Part shown: one piece after another, positions 19,574 to 27,378 of the stretch
How the letters are laid out: every line of letters begins with the position of its first letter
Position numbering within the stretch: the stretch's first letter is position 1
Source: Acutalibacteraceae bacterium
GTDB lineage: Bacteria > Bacillota > Clostridia > Oscillospirales > Acutalibacteraceae
Assembly: GCA_045651625.1 (NCBI GenBank)
Contig: JAZRST010000065.1
Location: 15,668-79,667 of the forward strand
DNA length: 64,000 bases
Direction of reading: 5' to 3'
Program-made: the position numbers and the translations under genes
Notes under the pieces: generated by a model
Seen by the model: only the letters and a program-made list of their open reading frames with translations
The model's database searches: none
What the model was told of the DNA's origin: nothing

Positions 19574-20311
19574 TTAAAGTGATTTTATTGTGCCCTTGTA
19601 TTTTTCTATAAAAGCTTCGTTTATGGCGTCGCCGCCGTCAACGTTACTGCTTGAATATACCTCGGGGGTTATGCCTTCAGCGAGCATTATTTTAATTGTG
19701 CCTGCCACAACAGCTTGAAGAATTGCGGCACCGACGGACGTGGAGGTGGGGCAGGCCTTTCTGCCGAGCTCGGGGAAAGCAACGGAAGCATCGCCAAGCT
19801 CACCCATATTGTCAAGGACGATATCTGCAAGCTCAAAAAGTCTTTTTCCGCTCTTGTGTCTTGATGCACCTGCCTTTGAGTGACTGATGCTTGTAAGTGC
19901 AATTACGGTAAGTCCCTTTTCCTTTGCAAGAAGAGCCATATCAACGGGAATTCCGTTTCTGCCGGAGTTTGATGCAATAACGATTACGTCGTCCTTCTTC
20001 ATATTGTATGAATTGAAAAGAATTTCAGCGTAGCCCTGCAGTCTTTCAATCTCAGTGCTTTTGGATGCGGATTCGTGAAGCATAAGTGAGGTTTCAAGCA
20101 CGGGCTGAAGCTTTACAAGACCGCCTGCTCTGTAGAAAAGCTCCTCTGCAAGCATATGTGAATGACCCGTACCGAAAAGGAAAATCGTTCTGTCGTTTTT
20201 AAGTGCAGCGGCAAAGGCCTCCGAGCACTTATCAATAGCAGGCATCTGCTTTTCCGTAACCTCGGAAAGAATTCTCATTAAATTACTAAAATATTCAGCT
20301 GATTTTTTCAT
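19574..20311 (-). CDS. SIS (sugar isomerase) domain protein, UPF0309 family
   Basis: 245 aa. FLFGTGHSHMLAEELFYRAGGL and VIASNSGRN motifs. Confidence 0.8.
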   Translation of the reverse strand: MKKSAEYFSNLMRILSEVTEKQMPAIDKCSEAFAAALKNDRTIFLFGTGHSHMLAEELFYRAGGLVKLQPVLETSLMLHESASKSTEIERLQGYAEILFNSYNMKKDDVIVIASNSGRNGIPVDMALLAKEKGLTVIALTSISHSKAGASRHKSGKRLFELADIVLDNMGELGDASVAFPELGRKACPTSTSVGAAILQAVVAGTIKIMLAEGITPEVYSSSNVDGGDAINEAFIEKYKGTIKSL

Positions 20312-20876
20312 TGTCTTTCTCCTGTAATTTTATTCCGAATGCAATACAGTCGGGTGCTTCTTCAAGAAGCTCAAAGCCGTATTTTTTGTAAAAATTAACG
20401 CCTTTTTCATTTTTTGCATTTACGCTGAGCACCACGCCCTTCACACCCTTTTCCTTAAGGTGTGAAATGAGGGCATCCATAAGTTTTCTGCCCAGGCCCA
20501 GTCTGTGGTGGGTGTAAAGTATATCAATATGAAGATGGGCAGGGTAGTCATCCTTATATTTCTTCTGTACCTCGTTTGCAGTTGAGGCGTAAAATCTGCA
20601 GGCTGTGTCCTCTTCGGGGATTCTCGTAAAATATTCCTCGTTGAAAATCTTTATGAATTTATCAAAATCCTCAGCGCAGATTATATATCCTACCGCCTTA
20701 TCGTTTTCGTCAGCCGCAACAAAGCAGTTGAAGGGCTCTTTTTCTATGTAATAATCACAGTAGGTTGCAAACAGAAAGTTTTTTGTACTTTCCGAGTAAT
20801 TGTCGGGACCGTCACAGTAAAGGCAGGCATCGTGCACAGCCTCACGGTCGGTTTCTTTATAGGGTCTTATTGTCAT
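20295..20876 (-). CDS. GNAT-family N-acetyltransferase
   Basis: 193 aa. HHRLGLGRKLMDALISHLKEKG acetyl-CoA-binding motif (R/Q-x-x-G-x-G/A). Overlaps the SIS gene start by 17 nt. Confidence 0.85.
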   Translation of the reverse strand: MTIRPYKETDREAVHDACLYCDGPDNYSESTKNFLFATYCDYYIEKEPFNCFVAADENDKAVGYIICAEDFDKFIKIFNEEYFTRIPEEDTACRFYASTANEVQKKYKDDYPAHLHIDILYTHHRLGLGRKLMDALISHLKEKGVKGVVLSVNAKNEKGVNFYKKYGFELLEEAPDCIAFGIKLQEKDNEKIS

Positions 20877-20930
20877 ATCTCTTCTCCGTTGTTTTCTTTA
20901 TTACAATATAACATTTTAATATAAAAAATG

Positions 20931-20966
20931 CAACAAAAACAGGTATAAGAAATGCTCTTATACCTG
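20931..20966 (-). terminator. Rho-independent terminator after the 564-aa secreted protein gene
   Basis: Perfect 11-bp stem CAGGTATAAGA / TCTTATACCTG with a 5-nt loop, followed on the minus strand by TTTTTGTTG. Confidence 0.7.
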
Positions 20967-20980
20967 TAATAACTATTGTG

Positions 20981-22675
20981 TTAATCGGGAATTGCAGTTT
21001 CGTGAGGAACATTTTGCTTAACAGCTGCTAAAAGCTCGTCAATCTTAATAACCTCTATGTTTTCGCCGAGATTGTCTACAAAAATCTGAAGGTCATCGGG
21101 GCCTACTGTCCAGGGATGCACGTTTATAACCGTATAGCCGTTTATGGAGCTTATGTCAGCAGATTTGCCGTTAATGATTGCAGCCTGCTCCTTAAGCCAA
21201 TCCTCTGTTACCTCGTCTGCATTGCCGGTGGGATACCAGAGACTGAAGCCTACACAGATAAAGGGCTTATCGTTTGAAAACATTACTCTGCCCTTGCCGC
21301 CTGAATAGTTGTCGGGGTCAAGCTGAAGAATACCGCCCTCAATATTATCGTATCTTGAGAAATATGAGATTCTTTTCTCCATGCTCTTAAAGAAGCTTTT
21401 TTCGCTGCCCTTTATTGTGTCAAGGAAGGTCATAATGCCAAGACCTGATTCCTTCATAACAGCCGCGGTGTAATCGGAAAATGCTTCAAGCTCATCAGAG
21501 TTCATATGCATAATTCTCGAATAACCGCCGCCTGTGGGACCTGTGATAAAGGTTGTGTTATCTGCAATATCAAGAGTTCTCTTTATGTCAGACTCGGAAA
21601 TCTCCGTAAGAAGAGGACAGAAGGTCCAGCAGACAGGTTTCTCTTCATTATAGCTCTGCCAGGTGTGGTATTCGTAAAAGCCGTTCTGAATCCACTGTGC
21701 ATTATCACCGTCGCTGTAAACTATGGAAACATAGTGCTTGTCGGGGTCAAGCTCAACACTTTCGGGAAGTGAGGTGCTGAATTCCTCCTCTGTTGCATCA
21801 AAACAGGAAAGGATGCTTAAATTGTAGGAATGGTCAGAGGGAATGACCGTATGACCGTAACGGGATGCTGACTGAGTGAATTTTATTTCATACTGACACC
21901 AACCGAAAATGATAGAAGAGGGGGTGAGCTCTCTCATAATTTTATCACGGAAAAGTCTTCCCGTAAAATCGCTGTCCTCTATGTAAATAACAAAAATATT
22001 CTGCTGGATTGCAAAATCCCTCATACCTGATGCATAGCTGTAAAGATGAATGAGACTGTCGTTACGGAAGCTGTCCTTGTACTGCTTGTAGAAGGCTTTG
22101 AGGTACTTGAGGTCAATTTCATCCTCACTTATATCGGCACACTTTGTAAGCCCGAGTGCAATTGCCGTTTCCTCAAGCTCTGTTGTCACGGGAAGCCAGC
22201 CGTTTAAGGTTGCAAGATTCGTTGCGGTGTTGAGCTGTCCGTGGTCGTCGTGGGTCTTGTAAAGAATGTAGCCGCCGTCCTTGATGTATGAGCTGAATTT
22301 TTCAATGATTGTTTCAAATTTCCAGGGGTTGCCCTCTTCATCGGTGCGTGACAGTGTGTAGCCTGCCTTTTCCATTTCGGCAAGGGCATAATTGTGAGAG
22401 GAAGAGCCGTAATCAATAAAAATTGCAGGCTTTTTACGGGCAACGAGGCCCTGAAGCGCAATGATTGTGTGGCGCTGTGCAATTGAAAGCTCACCTAAGG
22501 AAATAACGGTGATTTCGTCTGCAAGCTCGTAATCGTCGAAAATATCCTGAATTTCAGTCAGCTCCTGAGCACTTTTTGCCTCTGGAGCAGCTTTGAGAAT
22601 TGATGCATCAATTGTGTTGAAAAGAATTGAAAACATCATAACCACAAAAGAGAGTCCGTTAAGTATTTTTACCAT
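20981..22675 (-). CDS. Secreted or membrane-anchored protein of unknown function (possibly a GxGYxYP-type putative glycoside hydrolase)
   Basis: 564 aa with an N-terminal hydrophobic segment. ALQGLVARKKPAIFIDY and TGPTGGGYSRI loosely recall the GxGYxYP family. The family assignment is from memory only. Confidence 0.4.
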   Translation of the reverse strand: MVKILNGLSFVVMMFSILFNTIDASILKAAPEAKSAQELTEIQDIFDDYELADEITVISLGELSIAQRHTIIALQGLVARKKPAIFIDYGSSSHNYALAEMEKAGYTLSRTDEEGNPWKFETIIEKFSSYIKDGGYILYKTHDDHGQLNTATNLATLNGWLPVTTELEETAIALGLTKCADISEDEIDLKYLKAFYKQYKDSFRNDSLIHLYSYASGMRDFAIQQNIFVIYIEDSDFTGRLFRDKIMRELTPSSIIFGWCQYEIKFTQSASRYGHTVIPSDHSYNLSILSCFDATEEEFSTSLPESVELDPDKHYVSIVYSDGDNAQWIQNGFYEYHTWQSYNEEKPVCWTFCPLLTEISESDIKRTLDIADNTTFITGPTGGGYSRIMHMNSDELEAFSDYTAAVMKESGLGIMTFLDTIKGSEKSFFKSMEKRISYFSRYDNIEGGILQLDPDNYSGGKGRVMFSNDKPFICVGFSLWYPTGNADEVTEDWLKEQAAIINGKSADISSINGYTVINVHPWTVGPDDLQIFVDNLGENIEVIKIDELLAAVKQNVPHETAIPD

Positions 22676-22700
22676 AATAATCCCATCCGTTTCTTACTTT

Positions 22701-23579
22701 TTAATCGAGAGCATCTGCAACTCCGCCGAGAAGTGCGCCTAACATGCCTGCAGTTTTTGTGCCGGCACTTGCAGGGGCAGAGGGAGCAGTTGAGGAAACG
22801 GGGAAGCCGCCGATGGTGCTGTCAATGGGGGCAAGAAGCACCTTACCCGTGCCTCTGTAAACGTTTACAAAGCCTTCTCCCGAAGCCGCAGAGCCGATAA
22901 GAGTTTTACCTGAGCGCTCCACGGTGAATGATAAGGAATCACTCCATGCAATTGCGAAGCTTCCGTCAACCCTGAGGATATCGTTTTCAAGCGTAACCTC
23001 AATAAGCTCCTCCTGAGGACAACGGCATTCAAGCACTGCAATTCCGTTGCCGTCAAGCGCAAGATTGAATAATCCCTCACCGCCGAGCACGGCAGAGGAT
23101 ATATTTGAACGTGCAACCAGCTTCTGTCTTATCGTTGCTTCGCAGGCAAGGAACAGTCCGTCATCAAGAACGACCTTGCCGTTCCAGGAGCTTGTATCAA
23201 GAAGAATAAGATGTCTGTAGGTGGGCTCAAGCACAAGCATACCGTTTCCTACGTATTCGGGCTTAATGGCGCTTTCACCTGTTACCTTGCCCTTTACAAG
23301 CTTTCCGAGAAAGTCTGATGCGCCCTTTACTCCCGTTGTTGACTTTACGTCACCGACAGTCCACTGCATGGCACCTGCCTGACAGATAACGCCGTTTGTC
23401 TTCGAAAGGTCACAGATAACCTGTCTTTTTCTGATGTTCATTTTATCGCAGAAATAAGCGGTAACCGCTGTGGACGGAGAAACACTCAGATCTCTTTTGT
23501 ACTGAATAACCTGAAAGGGGCCACTTTCTGCAATGATTGAAACGTCATCATTGTTGGTAAAATTGTTAATCTTAAACAT
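22701..23579 (-). CDS. AIM24-family (DUF124) protein
   Basis: 292 aa. CQAGAMQWTVGD...GESAIKPEYVGNGMLVLEP...GGEGLFNLALDGNG..., typical of the AIM24/TRAP-like beta-barrel fold. GGGAGGA RBS. Confidence 0.78.
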   Translation of the reverse strand: MFKINNFTNNDDVSIIAESGPFQVIQYKRDLSVSPSTAVTAYFCDKMNIRKRQVICDLSKTNGVICQAGAMQWTVGDVKSTTGVKGASDFLGKLVKGKVTGESAIKPEYVGNGMLVLEPTYRHLILLDTSSWNGKVVLDDGLFLACEATIRQKLVARSNISSAVLGGEGLFNLALDGNGIAVLECRCPQEELIEVTLENDILRVDGSFAIAWSDSLSFTVERSGKTLIGSAASGEGFVNVYRGTGKVLLAPIDSTIGGFPVSSTAPSAPASAGTKTAGMLGALLGGVADALD

Positions 23580-23781
23580 TCTGTATCCTCCCTAGGCGGA
23601 TTTTATCCACATTGTGGTTTATATTAAGAATATCATAATATAATATGGATTTGCAACATATCTTACACAAATTTTAATTTATTCTTTACGGATCTCTGAA
23701 TGCATTTTTAGAGAAGAGTGAATATGAGGCGGAAAAAAGTGAAGATTATGAAAAACTTAACTTGTTGAAATGGCATTTATA

Positions 23782-25359
23782 TCAACCAAGGTAATAATCA
23801 TAAAGTATAATAGCAACAGTATAATTGATAAGCAGAGTAGTTTTACATAATGACAATATATCCGTATTTTCAACAGTATCAGAATCGGTGTGAATTATTG
23901 TTGGTGGTATAAGGTTATAATCACAGTTATTATCAAAATCAGTCTTTTCTCGCCAGGAAAGAGTGGCGCCGTCAAGCCCATATTTTCTGAACGGAAGTAA
24001 ATCGTGTTTTCCGGCCGATACAGGACAGTAAAAGTCTACCTCTGTACAATTTCCTATAATTGCTTTTGCTGTTGTGAGCGCATCGCTTGTCGGATTGTTT
24101 TCTGCTTTGCGGTATTGATATGTGTCAGTTACCGGTTCGGTGCTTACACATAAGTAATAATCCTTGGCTGACTTTGGTTTTCCGGTCATATCAAGATTAA
24201 GTATATATTTATGCCTTTCAATTGATGCAGGAGAATTTTCAGTAGACTGTGAGATATACCAACAATATCTATAGGCTCCGTAATAGCCAATTTCCTCACT
24301 GTTCAGAAAACAAAAGCGTATTTCGCATCCGAAATCTGCTCTTGTGCTATTCATAATTCTCGCAATTTCAAGCAAAGAGCTTACGCCTGTCGCATTATCA
24401 ACTGCACCTTTGCCTTCTTTTGAGGAATCATAATGTGCACAAAGAACAATAATATCGGGATTCTTTACAGCAGTAGGAATTTTAGCATAAATGTTTTTTA
24501 GTTCTATTTCGTCAACATAGAATTTGTCATTTACTAAGCTATTTTCGTCAAATCCGTAATCACATAACTTGTTCATTATATATTCTGATGCTTTGTTATT
24601 GCTGTCTTTAGAATACCATCTTGAACCGCATTTGTCTGAAATTGAAGTAAGGTTATTTATAATTTCATCTGCATTAGTCAGATTAACAAGAATTTCTGAA
24701 AATTCCGTTTGAGAAAGCATATAGTCATCATCACTGAAATTACAAATTTCACAAACAGGTATGTTTTGTAAACTCAAGATATTCCATTTATGACCGAAAT
24801 ATTCACAGTGCGATATTTCTGTATTTTTTATATATCCGCATGCTGCACACGTAAAGACTTTTGTTGCCTTTTCAGTTGGTGTAGGTTCATTTATAAACCT
24901 ACCACTGTCAAAAATATGTTCAGTTGTCGGAATTTCTCCATCCACAACTATGCCGCAATCACTGCATTTTGCCATATAGCTACCGCAGTCAGTACAGCTT
25001 GCAGGCTTCAATTCAGAAAACTCAAAAGAATGTTCCTGTTGGTTTTCAAGCCCGACAGCTGTTCTGAGTATAATTCTTGCATCAGCAGCATCAATTGAGC
25101 CGTCATAATTGCAATCGCAATAAATGTATATTTCCGGGGACAATGAATGTAGTCCAACGGCGACTCGTAACACAGCTCTTGCATCGGCTGCTGTTACATT
25201 TTCATCAAAATCTGCATCGCCCATTTTGTAAAATAAAAAAATTTCAGGTATTTGTTGGTTCTCTGAAATTATTGTAGCATTAATTGTATCAGGTAAACAG
25301 TTTATAAGTAATACAAATAAAATAACCCTAAACAGAACAAATTTAATGAAATGCCTCAT
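23782..25359 (-). CDS. Secreted dockerin-(CxxC)4-M28 family metallopeptidase
   Basis: 525 aa. Signal peptide, then an N-terminal dockerin (GDADFDENVTAADARAVLRVAVGL / NYDGSIDAADARIILRTAVGL). Four CxxC pairs follow (CTDCG, CSDCG, CAACG, CEICN). M28 core: CAHYDS...GAVDNATGVSSLLEIAR...NSEEIGYYGA. Codon usage is AT-rich. Confidence 0.8.
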   Translation of the reverse strand: MRHFIKFVLFRVILFVLLINCLPDTINATIISENQQIPEIFLFYKMGDADFDENVTAADARAVLRVAVGLHSLSPEIYIYCDCNYDGSIDAADARIILRTAVGLENQQEHSFEFSELKPASCTDCGSYMAKCSDCGIVVDGEIPTTEHIFDSGRFINEPTPTEKATKVFTCAACGYIKNTEISHCEYFGHKWNILSLQNIPVCEICNFSDDDYMLSQTEFSEILVNLTNADEIINNLTSISDKCGSRWYSKDSNNKASEYIMNKLCDYGFDENSLVNDKFYVDEIELKNIYAKIPTAVKNPDIIVLCAHYDSSKEGKGAVDNATGVSSLLEIARIMNSTRADFGCEIRFCFLNSEEIGYYGAYRYCWYISQSTENSPASIERHKYILNLDMTGKPKSAKDYYLCVSTEPVTDTYQYRKAENNPTSDALTTAKAIIGNCTEVDFYCPVSAGKHDLLPFRKYGLDGATLSWREKTDFDNNCDYNLIPPTIIHTDSDTVENTDILSLCKTTLLINYTVAIILYDYYLG

Positions 25360-25402
25360 TCAATTCACCTCTGTAATCAATTCTATAAAAGACAGCAAAG
25401 TT

Positions 25403-25467
25403 CAACAAGGGACAAACCATTACATCAGTCGATAATATAGGTACTGTGTAATGTTTTGTCCCTTGTT
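25403..25467. promoter_or_regulatory. Long inverted repeat in a divergent promoter region (candidate operator)
   Basis: CAACAAGGGACAAACCATTACA (25403-25424) and TGTAATGTTTTGTCCCTTGTTG (25446-25467). Arms match at 21 of 22 positions, separated by 21 nt. Confidence 0.5.
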
Positions 25468-25518
25468 GTTAAAATGAAATAATATTATAATGATATCGGT
25501 AAAGGAGGTGTTTTTCAG

Positions 25519-25968
25519 ATGGATGGACAAAGAATTAAGAATCTTAGGCTTCAGTCAGGTATTTCACAAGAAGAACTGGCAAAAAAATTGTGGGTTTCTC
25601 GCGATCTTGTTTCAAAATGGGAAACAAACAAACGACGGCCCTCTTACGAAATGGTTGAAGCTATGTCGTTAATTTTTGATGTTAATCCTGAAGATATAGC
25701 ACCTCTGAATGATACTTTGATTGATGAACTGAATTTATGTATTCCGAACGACTGTATATTAACATCCTTACAAATAGAAGCAGAGTTGAATTCTTTTCTT
25801 ACTATTCTGGCACCTCGGGAACGTAGCATATTTATTTCCCGCTATTATTACCTTAATGATATATCTGAAATCTGTCAGCAATATAAAATTTCTAAAAACT
25901 ATGTACGCGTTATTCTTCACCGTAACAGAAAAAAACTAAAAAAGCATTTTGAGGAGGTATCAAAATGA
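25519..25968 (+). CDS. Hybrid regulator: N-terminal XRE-type HTH fused to a sigma-70 region-4-like C-terminal domain
   Basis: 149 aa. Residues ~5-60 are XRE-like (RIKNLRLQSGISQEELAKKLWVSRDLVSKWETNKRRPS). Residues ~95-145 are r4.2-like (LAPRERSIFISRYYYLNDISEICQQYKISKNYVRVILHRNRKKLKK). AAGGAGG RBS. Confidence 0.65.
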   Translation: MDGQRIKNLRLQSGISQEELAKKLWVSRDLVSKWETNKRRPSYEMVEAMSLIFDVNPEDIAPLNDTLIDELNLCIPNDCILTSLQIEAELNSFLTILAPRERSIFISRYYYLNDISEICQQYKISKNYVRVILHRNRKKLKKHFEEVSK

Positions 25969-27071
25969 CAGGTAAAGATTTATATTATGCAATTTCAGGT
26001 ATAGATGAAAGATTTCTTACAGAAAGAGAAGAAGAAATCAAGACAGTTAACGACAATATACGAAGCTACAGAGCAATAAAAGTCACAGTCAGTCTTGTTG
26101 CTTGTATTTTTCTTGTTATATTTGTGTTTATTTTAGAAAATAAACAAGTTTTAATAACCCCAAATATACCAACTATTATCACAAATACAACAGAAAAAGA
26201 TGATATTGCATCGCACGGCGGTGACGGTAATCCGATTAAGCTTGAAGCTTCTGCTACAGAACAGATTCCAAAAGAATTGCAGATTAATTCTGATCTTTCG
26301 GGTACAGTTAACTATATGACCCGTATTTTTACAGGTGATCAGTATTCAGCGGTTAGCAATACTCCCGCAAAAGCTGAAGAAAGACTAGGTTCATTGAATG
26401 CTATTATGTCTTTATCTGAAATTGAAGATTATTCGGTTGAGTATGATATTGACGGTATCTTTCCTTATGTGCAATTCACTGACACAAAAATCACAAGCTT
26501 TACATCATATTTTTCTATCGAAAGTGATATTTTTACAAACATAACTGCTGATGTGACAGATGATGACATAATAAATAGTATATGTAAAAACAAATATACA
26601 AAAGCAGCGATGCAATTTGTAGGACTTGATGAGAATAGTTTATTTGTTTATCGGGAAAATCTTTTCTTGCGTAGTGAAAATGACGCCAATTCCCGGCCGT
26701 TATCCATGCAAACAATAATCCGAATTACAAATTATTCAGATTCTCCGCAAGAGCTTTCATTGAATCTCCAAAGCAATTATATCAAATTCTGGATTACTGA
26801 AAATTTCGGCGATAATTCCATTACCGTATCTTCTATATACGGATATTATGTTCCGGATAATTGTAAAAATGAATTAACTGATTATATATCCTATGATAAA
26901 GCAATTGAGCTTGCTATACAAAAAGCAGAGAATTTTTCTGCAGAAAAAATTACCATGTGTACAATAACTTATAATCCGGATTTAGAATCAGGTAGATTGA
27001 TGCCTTTTTACAAATTTTTTTATAAAATAGATAACGAAAATCATACCGTCTGTATTCCATTGGCAAATTAA
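25965..27071 (+). CDS. Single-pass membrane protein with anti-sigma-like topology and an unknown ~300-aa extracytoplasmic domain
   Basis: 368 aa. Its ATG overlaps the upstream stop (ATGA). The N-terminus YYAISGIDERFLTE is typical of clostridial anti-sigma-like partners. TM at ~residues 37-57. Confidence 0.55.
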   Translation: MTGKDLYYAISGIDERFLTEREEEIKTVNDNIRSYRAIKVTVSLVACIFLVIFVFILENKQVLITPNIPTIITNTTEKDDIASHGGDGNPIKLEASATEQIPKELQINSDLSGTVNYMTRIFTGDQYSAVSNTPAKAEERLGSLNAIMSLSEIEDYSVEYDIDGIFPYVQFTDTKITSFTSYFSIESDIFTNITADVTDDDIINSICKNKYTKAAMQFVGLDENSLFVYRENLFLRSENDANSRPLSMQTIIRITNYSDSPQELSLNLQSNYIKFWITENFGDNSITVSSIYGYYVPDNCKNELTDYISYDKAIELAIQKAENFSAEKITMCTITYNPDLESGRLMPFYKFFYKIDNENHTVCIPLAN

Positions 27072-27153
27072 GAAAATATATGCATTAAGATAGTCTCAAA
27101 AACTCTGATGTGACTCTGAAACTGTCTTAAATTTAATATGAGTTAAATTTAAA

Positions 27154-27203
27154 CAAAAAATCCGAACCCTTTTCCTGTTGGGAAAAGTTGGTTCGGATTT
27201 TTC
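27154..27203. terminator. Bidirectional terminator (nested hairpin)
   Basis: ATCCGAACC/GGTTCGGAT outer stem and CTTTTCC/GGAAAAG inner stem, with A6 before and T5 after. Confidence 0.6.
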
Positions 27204-27207
27204 TGGT

Positions 27208-27229
27208 TTGGTGCGGGTGACAGGGGTCG
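27208..27229 (-). repeat. 22-nt exact direct copy of the tRNA-Leu 3' end (att-like repeat)
   Basis: TTGGTGCGGGTGACAGGGGTCG occurs at 27208-27229 and again at 27417-27438. The second copy is the acceptor/T-arm 3' portion of tRNA-Leu plus 1 nt. Confidence 0.85.
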
Positions 27230-27375
27230 CCGGGTGCTGCGGCTTTGCCTTGCGCCCGATGGCTCGACGACCGCACACTGTGGTGTGCAGTACCCGTCTC
27301 ACCGCTCTTCGCTAAAAACAGTTCGCCGGACTGTTTTCTTAACGCTCAGACCTTCTTAAGGTTCGACACCTGTCT
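27222..27375 (-). ncRNA. Candidate structured RNA or relic element between the tRNA fragments (identity unknown)
   Basis: Read on the minus strand, the ends GACAGGTGTCG (27365-27375) and CGACCCCTGTC (27220-27230) can pair at 10 of 11 positions. There are internal hairpins (ACCTT-aag-AAGGT; AAAACAGT-ccggcga-ACTGTTTT; GCACAC-caca-GTGTGC). By hand count, 27211-27310 is 68% G+C. Terminators flank it on both sides. Confidence 0.2.
27361..27375 (+). repeat. Inverted 15-nt copy of the tRNA-Leu T-arm
   Basis: GGTTCGACACCTGTC on the plus strand matches the sense tRNA sequence GGTTCGACCCCTGTC at 14 of 15 positions. Confidence 0.7.
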
Positions 27376-27378
27376 TCT

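Noticed and set aside
15988-23579. Possibility that the block of unknown-function genes (TPM, zinc ribbon, AIM24, 564-aa protein) is an anti-phage defence island.
   Set aside because: No nuclease, helicase/NTPase, methyltransferase, TIR/SIR2, reverse transcriptase or Cas-like motifs are present. The neighbours are sugar-metabolism genes, and the composition matches the host genome.
27208-27378. The segment ending in ...CACCCGCACCA could be a second tRNA, a tmRNA or an SRP RNA.
   Set aside because: It has no GGTTCGA-type T-loop before the acceptor-like end, and the putative 5' acceptor strand pairs only with a bulge. There is no tmRNA tag reading frame or pseudoknot-scale length (~170 nt only). 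The SRP helix-8 motif (GGAAG...AGCAGC) is absent. The acceptor-like end is better explained as a 22-nt duplicate of the tRNA-Leu 3' end.
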